64,000 nt of DNA from Nitrospirota bacterium (GTDB taxonomy: Bacteria; Nitrospirota; UBA9217). The stretch is taken from positions 1 to 64,000 of the forward strand of contig CAWCKW010000006.1 of NCBI GenBank assembly GCA_963796285.1, in the 5' to 3' direction. This document shows positions 47,161 through 57,877 of the stretch, one piece after another (the first letter of the stretch is position 1; each line of letters starts with the position of its first letter). A model generated the notes under the pieces. The model searched no databases. It saw nothing but the letters and a program-made list of their open reading frames with translations, and was not told where the DNA came from. The position numbers were made by a program, and so were the translations under genes.

Positions 47161-47370
47161 TGCATCGCCCGACATTGTATTGTCAAGCGGGCTGACAATG
47201 ATGTCTCCCTCATTAAACTATGGCTCCATGAGCAATGCGGGAACGAGGAACTGCTCGTCGGGAACGACTTGTTCCGCTCGCTCAAAACAATCAATAAGGA
47301 CGTCATCACCCTCTATATCAGGCTACAATCACAGTAATTTTGCCAGCATCAATAAACTGCAATGAACGTC

Positions 47371-49315
47371 TCATGTTGTCTGCGTCCTTGTATAGTTCAG
47401 CATCCCGCCTGCCAGAAGAATGTCGCGCTGCCGCATGCTCAATGCGAATTTCAGCTGAACAGTCTTGCCGTTCGTCGTGTCTTTGAGCATCAGGTCTGTG
47501 CCCTCTCTCGAGCGCAGCCTTGATCTTGCCGATCTCGATCGTATCATTGGCTCCGATCGCATCATAATCCGCTTCGTTCGCGAAGGTGAGCGGCAGAATG
47601 CCGAAGTTGATGAGGTTCGCAGCATGGATGCGCTCGAACGATTTCGCGATCACCGCCTTGACACCCAGGTACATGGGACAGATGGCCGCATGCTCGCGGC
47701 TCGAACCCTGACCGTAGCTCGCACCGGCGATCACAATATTGTGCTTCCCGGCCTTTTTGTTCTCGAGCGCCTTTTTCGGGAATGTCGCATCCACACCCTC
47801 GAACACGAACTCTGCGTATTTCGGAATGTTCGAGCGGTACTTCAGTCTCGATCCAGCGGGCATGATGTGGTCCGTGGTGATCTTGTCGCCGACCTTGATC
47901 GCCACCACGCCCTGGATGATATCAGGAAGCGGTTCTGCTGCAGGCGGATCGCCGATGTTCGGGCCCCGGTAGACGGTCACCGACAGCGGGTCTTTGGCCG
48001 GAGGCAGGATCATCGAGTCGTCGATCCAGAATTGCTCGGGCATGGCGATCTCGGGATAGGGGATGCCGAGATCACGGGGGTCCATGATCCCGCCGGTGAG
48101 CGCGGCTGCAACAGCGGACTCGGGACTGGCGAGATAGACCTTCGCGCTTTTGGTTCCGGAGCGGCCTTCAAAGTTCCTGTTGCTCGTACGGACCGAGACC
48201 GCATCGGTCTTCGGGGCCTGGCCGCTCCCGATGCAGAAACCGCAGGTCGATTCGAGGATCCTTGCTCCCGCGGAGACGATATCGGCCATGGCGCCGTTCT
48301 TCGCGATCATCTCGAGCACCTGGCGGGAGCCGGGCGCTACGCCGAAGCTTACATCCGGGAAAGACCCTTCTTCCTTTCAACATCGAGGCCACGATCATCA
48401 GGTCACGATATGATGAGTTGGTGCAGGAGCCGACCATGACCTGGTCTACTTTCGTTCCCGCCAGTTCCTTCACCGTGCCGATATTGTCCGGGGAGTGCGG
48501 CTTTGCCATCATCGGTTCGATCGATGCCAAGGTCGAGGTCGATCACTTTTTCGTATGTCGCGTCAGCATCAGCAGCGAGTGCGGTCCACTCGGATTCTCT
48601 TCTTTGCGCCCTGAGGAATGAACGCGTGATCTCATCGCTCGGAAAGACTGATGTGGTCACGCCGAGCTCCGCGCCCATGTTCGTGATGGTCGCGCGCTCG
48701 GGCACGGAAAGCGTTTTGATCCCGTCGCCGCCATATTCGATCACGGTGCCGACGTTCCCCTTGGTCGTGAGCATCTTGAGAATCGTGAGGATGACGTCCT
48801 TGGCCGACACCCAGGGCCGAAGCTTTCCGGTCAGGTTTATCTTCACCACCTTGGGACAGGTGAGGTAGAAGGGGCCGCCGCCCATGGCCACGGCCACGTC
48901 GAGTCCGCCCGCGCCGATGGCGATCATGCCGATGCCGCCGCCCGTGGGCGTATGGGAATCGGATCCGAGCAGCGTCCTGCCGGGCCTGCCGAAACGCTCA
49001 AGGTGCACCTGATGGCAGATGCCATTCCCTGCTTTTGAATAGTGGATCCCGTATTTTGATGCAACGGTCTGCAGATACCGGTGGTCATCGGCATTCTCGA
49101 ACCCGTCCTGGAGCGTGTTGTGGTCCACGTAGCTCACCGAGAGCTCGGTCTTGACCCGCGGCACGTCCATGGCCTCGAACTGCAGGTAGGTCATGGTGCC
49201 GGTCGCGTCCTGGGTCAGCGTCTGGTCGATCCTGATCGCGATCTCAGTCCCCGGCTTCAAGCTTTCCCGTGACCAGGTGGGCTCCCAATATCTTATAAAC
49301 GAGATTTTTACCCAT
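47371..49315 (-). CDS. Aconitate hydratase, short type (several frameshifts)
   Basis: Motifs DQTLTQDATG, DHN, GICHQ, DSHT, GSCTN, CGFCIG, TTDHI and GSSREHAA. Confidence 0.93.
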
Positions 49316-49548
49316 AGTGTTACTCCTTCATCACATTGAATGCCCGCACATTATATTTCAAGAGCGTGGATAAGGCAACGGGAATTTGACGGCGGCTTAT
49401 TAACCACTGATAAAACGGTACCGTGTAATACTTTCTTTTCATGATGACATCGACATGTTTTGCAAACCTTATTTTTCTGTGCTATAGTTAGCATATTCAC
49501 AAGCACCCGAAACGGCAATCTACCTACAATTCTCAAAGGAGGCGCATC

Positions 49549-49975
49549 ATGGTACAGAAAGCGAGTCCCAAACTCACGGAAATGATGAACCAGGCAATAG
49601 CAGGAGAGCTCCAGGCCATCGTCCAGTATATGTGGCACCACATCATGGTAAAGGGTATGAATTCAGCGTCCCTGATGGAGGTGTTCGAGGATATTGCAAT
49701 GGACGAAATGAAGCATGCCGAGAAAATCGCGGAACGACTATTCTATTTTGACGTGAACCCCACCATCAAGCCGAATCCCATCGCCGTCGGCGGCACGCCG
49801 GAGCAGATGCTGAAGGCTGATGTGAAGGCCGAGGAAGAGGCCATCACGCTTTATAAGGACATTATCAAGCAGGCCACTTCCGAAGGCGGATGAAACCACG
49901 CGGCTCCTCTTCGAAGAAATCCTCTCGCAGGAAGAGGACCACCACGATACGTTTACCACGCTCCTGGGACGGTAA
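49549..49975 (+). CDS. Bacterioferritin-like / ferritin-like protein (frameshift near 49888)
   Basis: Diiron ligands in ELQAIVQY, DEMKHAE, AEEEAI..Y and EEDHH. AAGGAGG SD. Confidence 0.88.
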
Positions 49976-49980
49976 TAGAC

Positions 49981-50011
49981 AGCAAGGGCAGGCCAAAGGC
50001 CTGCCCTTGCT
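49981..50011. terminator. Hairpin between the convergent ferritin-like and USP genes
   Basis: Perfect stem AGCAAGGGCAGGCC-AAA-GGCCTGCCCTTGCT. Confidence 0.75.
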
Positions 50012-50111
50012 CACTCGTTAAATCTCAAATTTCAACTCCCAAATAAATCCCAGAAATAAAAAGGGCCAAACGCCAAACGTTTCAGTCATTTGAATTTGGT
50101 GTTTGTCGCAA

Positions 50112-50574
50112 TCACGGCATCTTGAACTCCTTGCCCGCGATCCGCACCGTAAGCACGGGGCAGGCCGCTTTGCGTACGACCTTCTCCGCCGTGCTGCCGA
50201 AGAGCATATGGTCGATACCTGTCCTGCCGTGGGTACCGATGACGATCAAGTCGGCGTTCCTCTCCTTCGCTGTCTGGATGATCTCGACGAACGGCACGCC
50301 GCGTACAACCATCTTCTCCACATCTTTCACCTGTTTGGAGACCTCTGCAGATCCATTTGTCCATTTCCTGCCAAGCGCTTTTTTGCATATCCTCGACCAG
50401 TTCGCCCGCGGAGATCGACGATGGGATGTACCACTCGGCAATGCTGATGTCCTGGATCACATACAGCAGGATGAGCTTTGCCTGGTAATCCTTTGCCAGC
50501 GAGATGGCGTGGTCCATGGCCGCGCGAGCGCCGTTCGAAAAATCGGTCGGAAATAGAATGGTCTTGATCTGCAT
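50112..50574 (-). CDS. Universal stress protein (frameshift near 50350)
   Basis: ILFPTDFS, DLIVIGTHGRTG and GSTAEKVVRKAACPVLTV. Confidence 0.93.
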
Positions 50575-50889
50575 AGGACCTCCTCGGGTTGGATTGTATA
50601 GTAAGTTTAGCTCCACTCCGGGACACTGTCAAACGAAAAGACAAGGGACTGACGAGCCCCTCATCGTAAAGATCAAGCGTCCGCATGGGATGGCGATCAC
50701 CGTGAGAAGACGGTAACTATTCACTTGACCGGAAAGGAGCGCTCACTTACAATAGCAGGAGCAAATGCAGTGTCCAGGTTGCAGCTCAATTATTGTGACC
50801 ACGACCCCTGCGTTAATCGGTTCTGAGGATCCTGCGATTCCGGCGTACTCGTTTCCGAACAACGGAGATCTGAACACGGAGAGTCAATA

Positions 50890-53760
50890 ATGACCTTGTT
50901 CCATCTCATCAGCTATTCGCTTTTTTTAATCGCTGCCCTGGAAATTATCCTGGGGACCATACTTCTCAGGAATAATCGACGAAAGAGCTCTGTCCAAAAG
51001 GCCGTAGCGGCACTCTCTCTCTTCTCAGCCGCGTTTTCCCTCACCTCGGCGATCATGTATTTACGTGCCTCGCTGGCCTTGCCGATCGACCTTGTTGCCC
51101 GCTTCAACTGGATCGGCTGGTTCACGATCCCTGCCGGGCTCCAGATCATTTATTATCTTAAGGACGAGCGAAGTCGTGTCGGCTATATCATTGGCCTCCT
51201 CCTTTATCCCCTCTGGCTCATCATTCTCGGTCTGTGCCTCTTTACCGATCTGATCGTAACACCCGGCTATTCCGTGATCCCCTTCATCAATCATCCCGGA
51301 CCGCTTGAATATCCGGCACGGCTGTTCGGTTCGCTTCTGGCCTTCTGGTTGCTTGGCACTATTCTCCGGTTCAAAAAAGAGCTGCAGGGGATCAAGAGGG
51401 CCCAGCTCAACTACTTTTTCCACGGTGTGCTGATCTTCGGAGGCGGCGCGTCAACTACCGCAGGCATCTTGCAGCTGTTCGGGGGATTCGGATTTGAACC
51501 CGGGCTTGCAGCTTTTTTCAGCCTGCCCTGGGTGGTCCTTACCTATTACGCGATCACCCGGCACCGGCTCTTCGATATACGGTACCTTCTCTCTCGCGTG
51601 CTTTCCACTGCCCTGGTGCTGTGCCTGTTCTTCGTCGTTCAGATCAGTGTATTCAATCTCCTCGCGCCGGCGATCGGTGAATCATTTGCAATCCTGATCT
51701 CTCTCATCGTCATCGGCATCGTTTTCTTCACGACCCGGCTCAATTCAAAGATGCAACGCTGGATCCAGCGGCTGGTCCTGCAGGACAGGTATAATTATCA
51801 GGGTGTTCTGAGGGAATCGATAAAAGCGATGATCTCGATACTCGACCTGGATGAGCTGCTGGACTATATCCTTGCCAGCATGAAAAAAGGTCTGGGGGCG
51901 GAAAGCGCCTGTTTTTCACTGCAGGAAAAGAGCGGGTGGGTTTCTCTTCGGAAAGGGCAGGGCACTCGCAGCGGCATGGCAAACAGCCGCCCGCTGAGTG
52001 ATGAAGTCGTCGACTGGCTGCGCCAGACCGGCCATGTTATCGTGCGGCAGGAACTTGAGCAAACATTCTCTGATGAAAAAAGCATTATGGTCCACGAATA
52101 CCTGGAGAAGATGGGGGCAGAACTCGTCATCCCTCTGCTGTATAAGGGGGACATCAAGGGTTGGATCGTGCTGGGGCAGAAGAGCAATGAGCAGCCCTAT
52201 CTGCAGAGCGACATAAACCTGCTGGAGGTGATCGCTGGTCATGCTGCAATCGCCATCGAGAACGCCCAACTCTATGAAGAGGCCAGGCAGGCAAAAGAAT
52301 TCACGAGGGAGAGCGAGGCTAAGTTCCGCACCCTGGCAGAAACCGCTGCGATTGCAATATTTATGCACCAGGGTGGCAATTTTCTTTACGCAAACCGCGC
52401 GGCTGAAGTCATTGGCGGATATGCTGTTGATGAATACCTGACCATGAATTTTATGAGTCTCGTGCATCCTGATTACATCGACCTGGTAAAAATGCGCGCG
52501 CGCGAACGCATGGACGGCGGAACCGAAGTACCAGCGCAGTATGAGTTCAAGATCATAAAGAAAAGCGGCGAAGAACGCTGGGTCCTGATGACCGCAGGCA
52601 TCACCGTGTTCGAGGGGAAGACGACGGTCATGGGGACGTTGATCGATATTACAGCACGCAAGCAGGCCGAGGAAGAACGGGAGAAGCTTTACCTGCAGCT
52701 GCAGGGGGCTTTGCTTTCCCTGAAAGAAAGCGAGGCCAGGTTCAGGACACTGGCGGAAACAACGACTGCAGGAATATTCATCCATCGGGGTGGAAGATTT
52801 ATTTATGCGAACCCCGCCATTAAGACGATCACCGGTTATGAGAGCGATGAATTTCTTGCCCTTGACTTCTGGACGATCGTTCATCCTGAGTATCGTGAGG
52901 TGGTGCGGGAGCGGGGCTTGGCCCGCCAGCGCGGGGCGCAGCTGCCGCAGGAATATGAGATCAAGATCATCATCAAGAACGGCGAGGAACGATGGGGTAA
53001 TCTGTCCGTCGGGATCATTGATTATGAAGGAGAGCCGGCGGTCATCGTGACCTTTTTCGATATCACGGACCGCAAGCGAGCGGAAGAGGAAACGATGAGG
53101 CTGTTCGAGCAGCGAATCGCTGAAGAAAAGCAGCACCTCATGGAAAAAGAAAAGATCCTGATGGACCTCCACGACGGCATCGGGGGCATAACGACGAATA
53201 TCAGCATCCTCTCTGAGCTGGCGCAGAAAGCGACAGACATTGACAACATCAAGAAAACGCTCTCTACCATCTCACGGCTGTCGCGCGAAGGGGTCTCCGA
53301 GATACGGAGCTTCATGCACGGCCTCGATTCCCAGGAGCTGAACTGGCGCTCACTGGCCGCGGAGCTCAGAAGCCAGGGCACCAATATGGTCGAGCTGCAC
53401 CGGATAGCCTTTGCGCTCGAAGCTTCCGTGGAAGACATTCAGGAACAGCCCGGCAGCCTCCTTTGGGTGAACCTCTTCAAGATCTACAAGGAAGCGCTGA
53501 CCAACATTATCAAACACTCAAAGGCCGACTCCATCATCGTTTCACTGAAGATAACCAAAGAGGGGATTCTGCTGGATATCCTTGATGACGGGGTCGGCTG
53601 GGAGGAAAGGCGGGGCAACGGCCGGGGCTTATCGAACATGAATAAACGCGCCGAAGAGCTGGGGGGGAGGATAACCCTGTCCTCCGGGGGGAGAGGTGCC
53701 CGGGTGACCTTGGAAATTCCCCTACCCTTAAAATACCCCATATCGGGTATGGCAATTTAG
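50890..53760 (+). CDS. Membrane sensor histidine kinase (multi-TM, GAF, two PAS, HisKA_3-type)
   Basis: Hydrophobic N-terminal third, AIAIENAQLY, two FRTLAE...DIT.RK PAS repeats, DLHDGIG, EALTNIIKH and DDGVG..GRGL. Confidence 0.93.
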   Translation: MTLFHLISYSLFLIAALEIILGTILLRNNRRKSSVQKAVAALSLFSAAFSLTSAIMYLRASLALPIDLVARFNWIGWFTIPAGLQIIYYLKDERSRVGYIIGLLLYPLWLIILGLCLFTDLIVTPGYSVIPFINHPGPLEYPARLFGSLLAFWLLGTILRFKKELQGIKRAQLNYFFHGVLIFGGGASTTAGILQLFGGFGFEPGLAAFFSLPWVVLTYYAITRHRLFDIRYLLSRVLSTALVLCLFFVVQISVFNLLAPAIGESFAILISLIVIGIVFFTTRLNSKMQRWIQRLVLQDRYNYQGVLRESIKAMISILDLDELLDYILASMKKGLGAESACFSLQEKSGWVSLRKGQGTRSGMANSRPLSDEVVDWLRQTGHVIVRQELEQTFSDEKSIMVHEYLEKMGAELVIPLLYKGDIKGWIVLGQKSNEQPYLQSDINLLEVIAGHAAIAIENAQLYEEARQAKEFTRESEAKFRTLAETAAIAIFMHQGGNFLYANRAAEVIGGYAVDEYLTMNFMSLVHPDYIDLVKMRARERMDGGTEVPAQYEFKIIKKSGEERWVLMTAGITVFEGKTTVMGTLIDITARKQAEEEREKLYLQLQGALLSLKESEARFRTLAETTTAGIFIHRGGRFIYANPAIKTITGYESDEFLALDFWTIVHPEYREVVRERGLARQRGAQLPQEYEIKIIIKNGEERWGNLSVGIIDYEGEPAVIVTFFDITDRKRAEEETMRLFEQRIAEEKQHLMEKEKILMDLHDGIGGITTNISILSELAQKATDIDNIKKTLSTISRLSREGVSEIRSFMHGLDSQELNWRSLAAELRSQGTNMVELHRIAFALEASVEDIQEQPGSLLWVNLFKIYKEALTNIIKHSKADSIIVSLKITKEGILLDILDDGVGWEERRGNGRGLSNMNKRAEELGGRITLSSGGRGARVTLEIPLPLKYPISGMAI

Positions 53761-53784
53761 GCTCTTCCATGGTAAGGTGCGGCC

Positions 53785-54408
53785 ATGCGACTTGTCATAG
53801 TTGAAGACGACCCACTGCTTCTTGAGAATCTCACCCTGCTCCTGAGCGGCGAGGGCGGAATAACGGTTACTGGCTCTTACCGCTCCGCTGAAGAGGCGTT
53901 AAAATTGTTCCGCAGCGCCAAACCCGAAGTGATGCTTACCGATATCGGATTGCCCGGCATGTCGGGGGTTGAGCTCATCAAAAAAGCCAAAGAAGCAATG
54001 CCCGGTCTCGAAATCATGGCCCACACCGTTTTTGAAGACCGGGAGAACGTGTTTTCTGCGATCAAAGCCGGCGCTTCAGGATATCTGCTCAAAGGCAGCA
54101 GCCCGCGGGACATCATAGAGTCCATCCATGCGCTCTACAAAGGCGGGGCGCCAATGAGCCCCAAAATTGCCCGCAAGATCATACATGAGCTTCAGGATGA
54201 TGTAGCAAGTGACGATTTTCTGTTAACCTCACGGGAAAAGGAGATCGTCAAGCTCGTCGAAGAAGGGCTCACCTATAAAGAGATCGGCGAGCAATTGAGT
54301 ATAAGCACCCACACCGTGCATACCCATATCAAGAACATCTACGAGAAGCTGCAGGCAAAAAATCGCCACGACGCCATCAAGATAGCGAGAAAAAAGGGCA
54401 TTATTTAG
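53785..54408 (+). CDS. NarL/LuxR family response regulator
   Basis: Receiver motifs VEDD, TDIGLP and GYLLK; HTH LTSREKE..TVHTHIKNIYEKL. Confidence 0.95.
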   Translation: MRLVIVEDDPLLLENLTLLLSGEGGITVTGSYRSAEEALKLFRSAKPEVMLTDIGLPGMSGVELIKKAKEAMPGLEIMAHTVFEDRENVFSAIKAGASGYLLKGSSPRDIIESIHALYKGGAPMSPKIARKIIHELQDDVASDDFLLTSREKEIVKLVEEGLTYKEIGEQLSISTHTVHTHIKNIYEKLQAKNRHDAIKIARKKGII

Positions 54409-54833
54409 CCAGGTCCCGCGATTGACCGTTGCACCCATTTAGCCTTTGTAGAACGGACGAATACCTTGCCGCAAAAAGAATCGCTGAAATCCTAACCTGC
54501 TCAATATTCTGTGCATTTCACTGTGTACTACCTTACCCGTCCCACGCCCTACGAATACCAGGGATGATGGCATTATGTGACCTATTCACAAAGATGGCTC
54601 CTCCTTATACTTTTACCCCCTTCCATGATGTAGAAAGGGGATTGTTATATTTGATTAGCGTGAGTCGCCCTCCCCTGAGCACTTATCGAAAGAAAAAGAT
54701 GCGGTGCGAGAATAGAATCTCAGAAGAGAAAAGAAACGATGAAACGTTTTAAAGAAGGCCTGGCGTGAAAAGGCCGGAAAAACTGGAAAAAAACCATTGA
54801 CAATTTTGCATCAGGCTGTTATAAATGTCGCCT

Positions 54834-55770
54834 ATGCTTGAGGCCACGGAAAAGATATGGATGAACGGACACGTTCGTGAAGTGGGACGATGCGAAGGTG
54901 CATGTACTTACGCACACGCTCCATTACGGGACCGGCGTGTTCGAAGGCATCCGCTGCTACAAGACCGATTCCGGTCCGGCCGTGTTCAGGCTGCAGGAGC
55001 ATGTTGGCCGGCTCTTCGACTCGACGCATATCCTTCAGATGGAGATGCCGTTCACGCGGGAGGCGGTGGCAGAAGCGATCCTCGAAACGATCCGCGTGAA
55101 CAAGATCGAGGCATGCTATATCCGTCCAATTGCGTTCCTGGGATACGGCGCCATGGGCATCTTTCCCAAAGAGAATCCGGTCCAGGTCTCGATCGCGGTC
55201 TGGCCCTGGGGCAGCTACCTCGGCGAAGAGGGGCTCAAGAACGGCATCCGCGTGAAGATCTCGTCCTTTAACCGGCCCCATGTGAACGCGACCATGGTCC
55301 GCTCCAAGACCACAGCGAACTATGCGAACTCGCTGCTTGCCAAGCGCGAAGCGCTGAAGGACGGCTACGATGAAGCCATGCTGCTCGATACCGACGGCTA
55401 CGTAGCCGAGGGAAGCGGTGAGAACGTGTTCATAGTACGGAAAGGCGTGATCAAAACGCCTCCGCTCACGTCCATTCTGGAAGGCATCACCCGTGACGCG
55501 ATCATACAGCTTGCTGCCGAGCGCGGAATGCGTCTCGTGGAAGAGCGGTTCACGCGGGACGAGCTCTATGTCGCCGATGAGGCGTTCTTCACCGGTACGG
55601 CAGCTGAGATCACGCCGATCCGTGAAGTGGACAACCGCCGCATCGGTGAAGGCAAGCCGGGACCGGTAACGAAGGAGCTGCAGTCCGCGTTCTTCGACAT
55701 CGTCCACGGCCGTGACAGCCGGCATGCGGATTGGCTCACCTTACGTTACTGCAGAAACAGCCGGCGATGA
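54834..55770 (+). CDS. ilvE: Branched-chain amino acid aminotransferase (frameshift near 54870)
   Basis: Motifs [27 protein letters not shown] and TGTAAEITP. Confidence 0.95.
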
Positions 55771-55795
55771 ATAAATAAACATGTTTTCAACAAGT

Positions 55796-55880
55796 GCCGA
55801 AGTGGTGGAACTGGTAGACACGCACGTTTGAGGGGCGTGTGGGGCAACCCATGGGGGTTCGAGTCCCCCCTTCGGCACCA
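55796..55880 (+). tRNA. tRNA-Leu(GAG)
   Basis: GCCGAAG...CTTCGGC-A-CCA; anticodon arm CACGT-TTGAGGG-GCGTG; long variable arm. Confidence 0.96.
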
Positions 55881-55942
55881 TTTTTTTCGTACCGCACAGC
55901 ATGCAAGCGCAGTACTCCCTCTCGCAGTCCTGAATCGACCTG

Positions 55943-57558
55943 ATGAAAAAACAATTCGCCATACTGCTGCTCTGTTGTTTCGCTGTTCTCGTTCCCGTCG
56001 CTGGCTCCGGTCAGGAGCCTGGCAACGGCGATCTGGGGATCGTGTCCGCTCCGCTCGCAAATGTGCATGCAGACGGTCCGGCGTCGAGGTCCAGGCTGGA
56101 AACGCAGGTGCTCATGGGCGATGAGGTGCGGATCCTGGAAAAACAGGACAATCGCTACCGGGTGACAATCCCGAACCAGGAAAACCGGGAGGGCTGGATC
56201 CAGCAGGAAGCGGTCCACATCCCGAAGGACAAAGGCCGCTCCTATCTGAACGCAAACCGGCAGTGGATCGTTATTACGGCCCCGAAGGCCGAGGCCATGA
56301 TCCTGGACAGGACCGGTGACCACAAGGTTTCGCTGTATGCGCGGCACGCGGCTGCCGGTGATCCAGACAACCGAAACGAGCCACAAGGTCCAGTTCCCCG
56401 ACCAGTCGGTTGCGATCATCGATGTTTCGGAAGCCATGCCCGCGAAGCCCTCTGATCCCGTCATAAACGATACAAAGCCCGAGGAGATCGCAAAGACAGC
56501 AAAGCAGTTCCTGAACGTGCGGCACCTGGCGCGGCGGAATTTCCGAGCAGGGCATGGACATCAGCGGTCTGATCTATCTCACCTACCGGATCCACGGCGT
56601 CTTGCTCAGTACGGACCATACCTCGTTCAAAAGCAAGGCCGAACGTGTATCGAAGAAGGATCTCGAGCCCGGCGACATCCTCGTTTTTTATGGTGATAAC
56701 CTCGGCCTGTACCTGGGGAACGGTCGGTTTATCCAGATCCCCAATAAAAAAGCCGCGCAGTTCGCCGGGATCCACGATCGGCGGTTCGTCAACTCCCTCC
56801 AGTACGGTCTTCGGATTATCGGCTCCGGGCAGCCGGACGAGAAGAAGAACATGGCTGCAATGACGGCCGATGATATCCTGCTTGCACAGGCGCGGCTGGC
56901 GAAACTCCCGCTGAACAAGCGGATTGCCTCCTGGGCCGGCCGCTTTATCGGCACACCCTATGATCCAGACCCCCTCGGCCTCTATGTGCGCACCAACCGC
57001 ATCGTGGCTGACGAAAAGGTCGATTGCATGTATCTTACCTTCCGCTCGGTAGAGCTCGCTCAAGCCAGCACGCCCGGCGCGGCCATTGACCGGGCGCTCA
57101 ACCTGCGGTTCATCACCCAGGGCAGGGTCCAGGATGGCCTTGTCACGAACTACGACCAGCGCTTTCAGTACGGCGAGGACATGGTCATGAGCGCCAAGTG
57201 GGGCAGGAACATCACCGCCGACCTTGGCGCGACCAGGCAGATCGCGGGCTCGCGCGGCAGAGACGTAGTCGACATCCTGCCGAAAAATGTCCTGGCGACG
57301 CAGGCACTCCAAAAGAAGCTCCAGGACGGCGATATCATCTACTGGGTCAAGGACCCGCAGAAGCGCGTGGTTGAGGAGATCGTGGCCCACCTCTCAATCG
57401 TCCGTATCAAGTCCGGCAAGCCGTATTTGATCCATGCCGCAGGCGATAAGGACCGGCAGGACAGGCCCGGTGGCGGCGTCGTGAAGGAAGTGCCCTTTGC
57501 CGACTATGTCCGGAGCATGCGGTTCATCGGCGCCTTCGTCACGCGGTTCGAGCAGTAG
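55943..57558 (+). CDS. Secreted SH3 + degenerate NlpC/P60 + DUF1460 (AmiA-like) amidase fusion (frameshifts near 56340 and 56530)
   Basis: Signal peptide, SH3b ([13 protein letters not shown]), NlpC-like AKQFL..GMDISGL..GDILVF, then FIGTPY..VDCM..GDII..AHLSI..IHAA. Confidence 0.75.
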
Positions 57559-57645
57559 CCTTCCTGAAGCCACTCGTTCTTAACGTACTTCACGAACCGC
57601 CATCTTGAATTTTGAGTCAAATTTTATCAAAACCTAAACCAATTT

Positions 57646-57719
57646 TCACACGAAGCCACAAAGCCGCAAAGAAAAGAATTTATTTTTATCCTTCTTCGTG
57701 TCTTCGTGCCTTTGTGTGA
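57646..57719. repeat. Inverted octamer-array pair upstream of comM
   Basis: CACGAAGC CACAAAGC CGCAAAG ... CTTCGTGT CTTCGTGC CTTTGTGTGA. Confidence 0.8.
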
Positions 57720-57877
57720 GGCCGGTTTCAACTTTTTGGTTCATGCTTCATGGTTTGAGGCATTGCTTCGTTAATATTATATTCAGTTTGACTTTTCCGC
57801 GGCTTCTCTGCTATTCTCTGCTGTAAATCATCTTTCCAAACCCCGAACCCTGAACTCTGAACTCATCAAGGAGCCCT

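Noticed and set aside
49885-49895. TGA in the ferritin-like gene as possible selenocysteine or readthrough
   Set aside because: The continuation (DETTRLLFEE) is in a different frame, so this is an indel and not an in-frame stop.
3526-57865. Repeat arrays as a CRISPR array or a diversity-generating retroelement
   Set aside because: Units are 7-9 bp with no regular unique spacers, and there are no cas or reverse transcriptase genes in the window.
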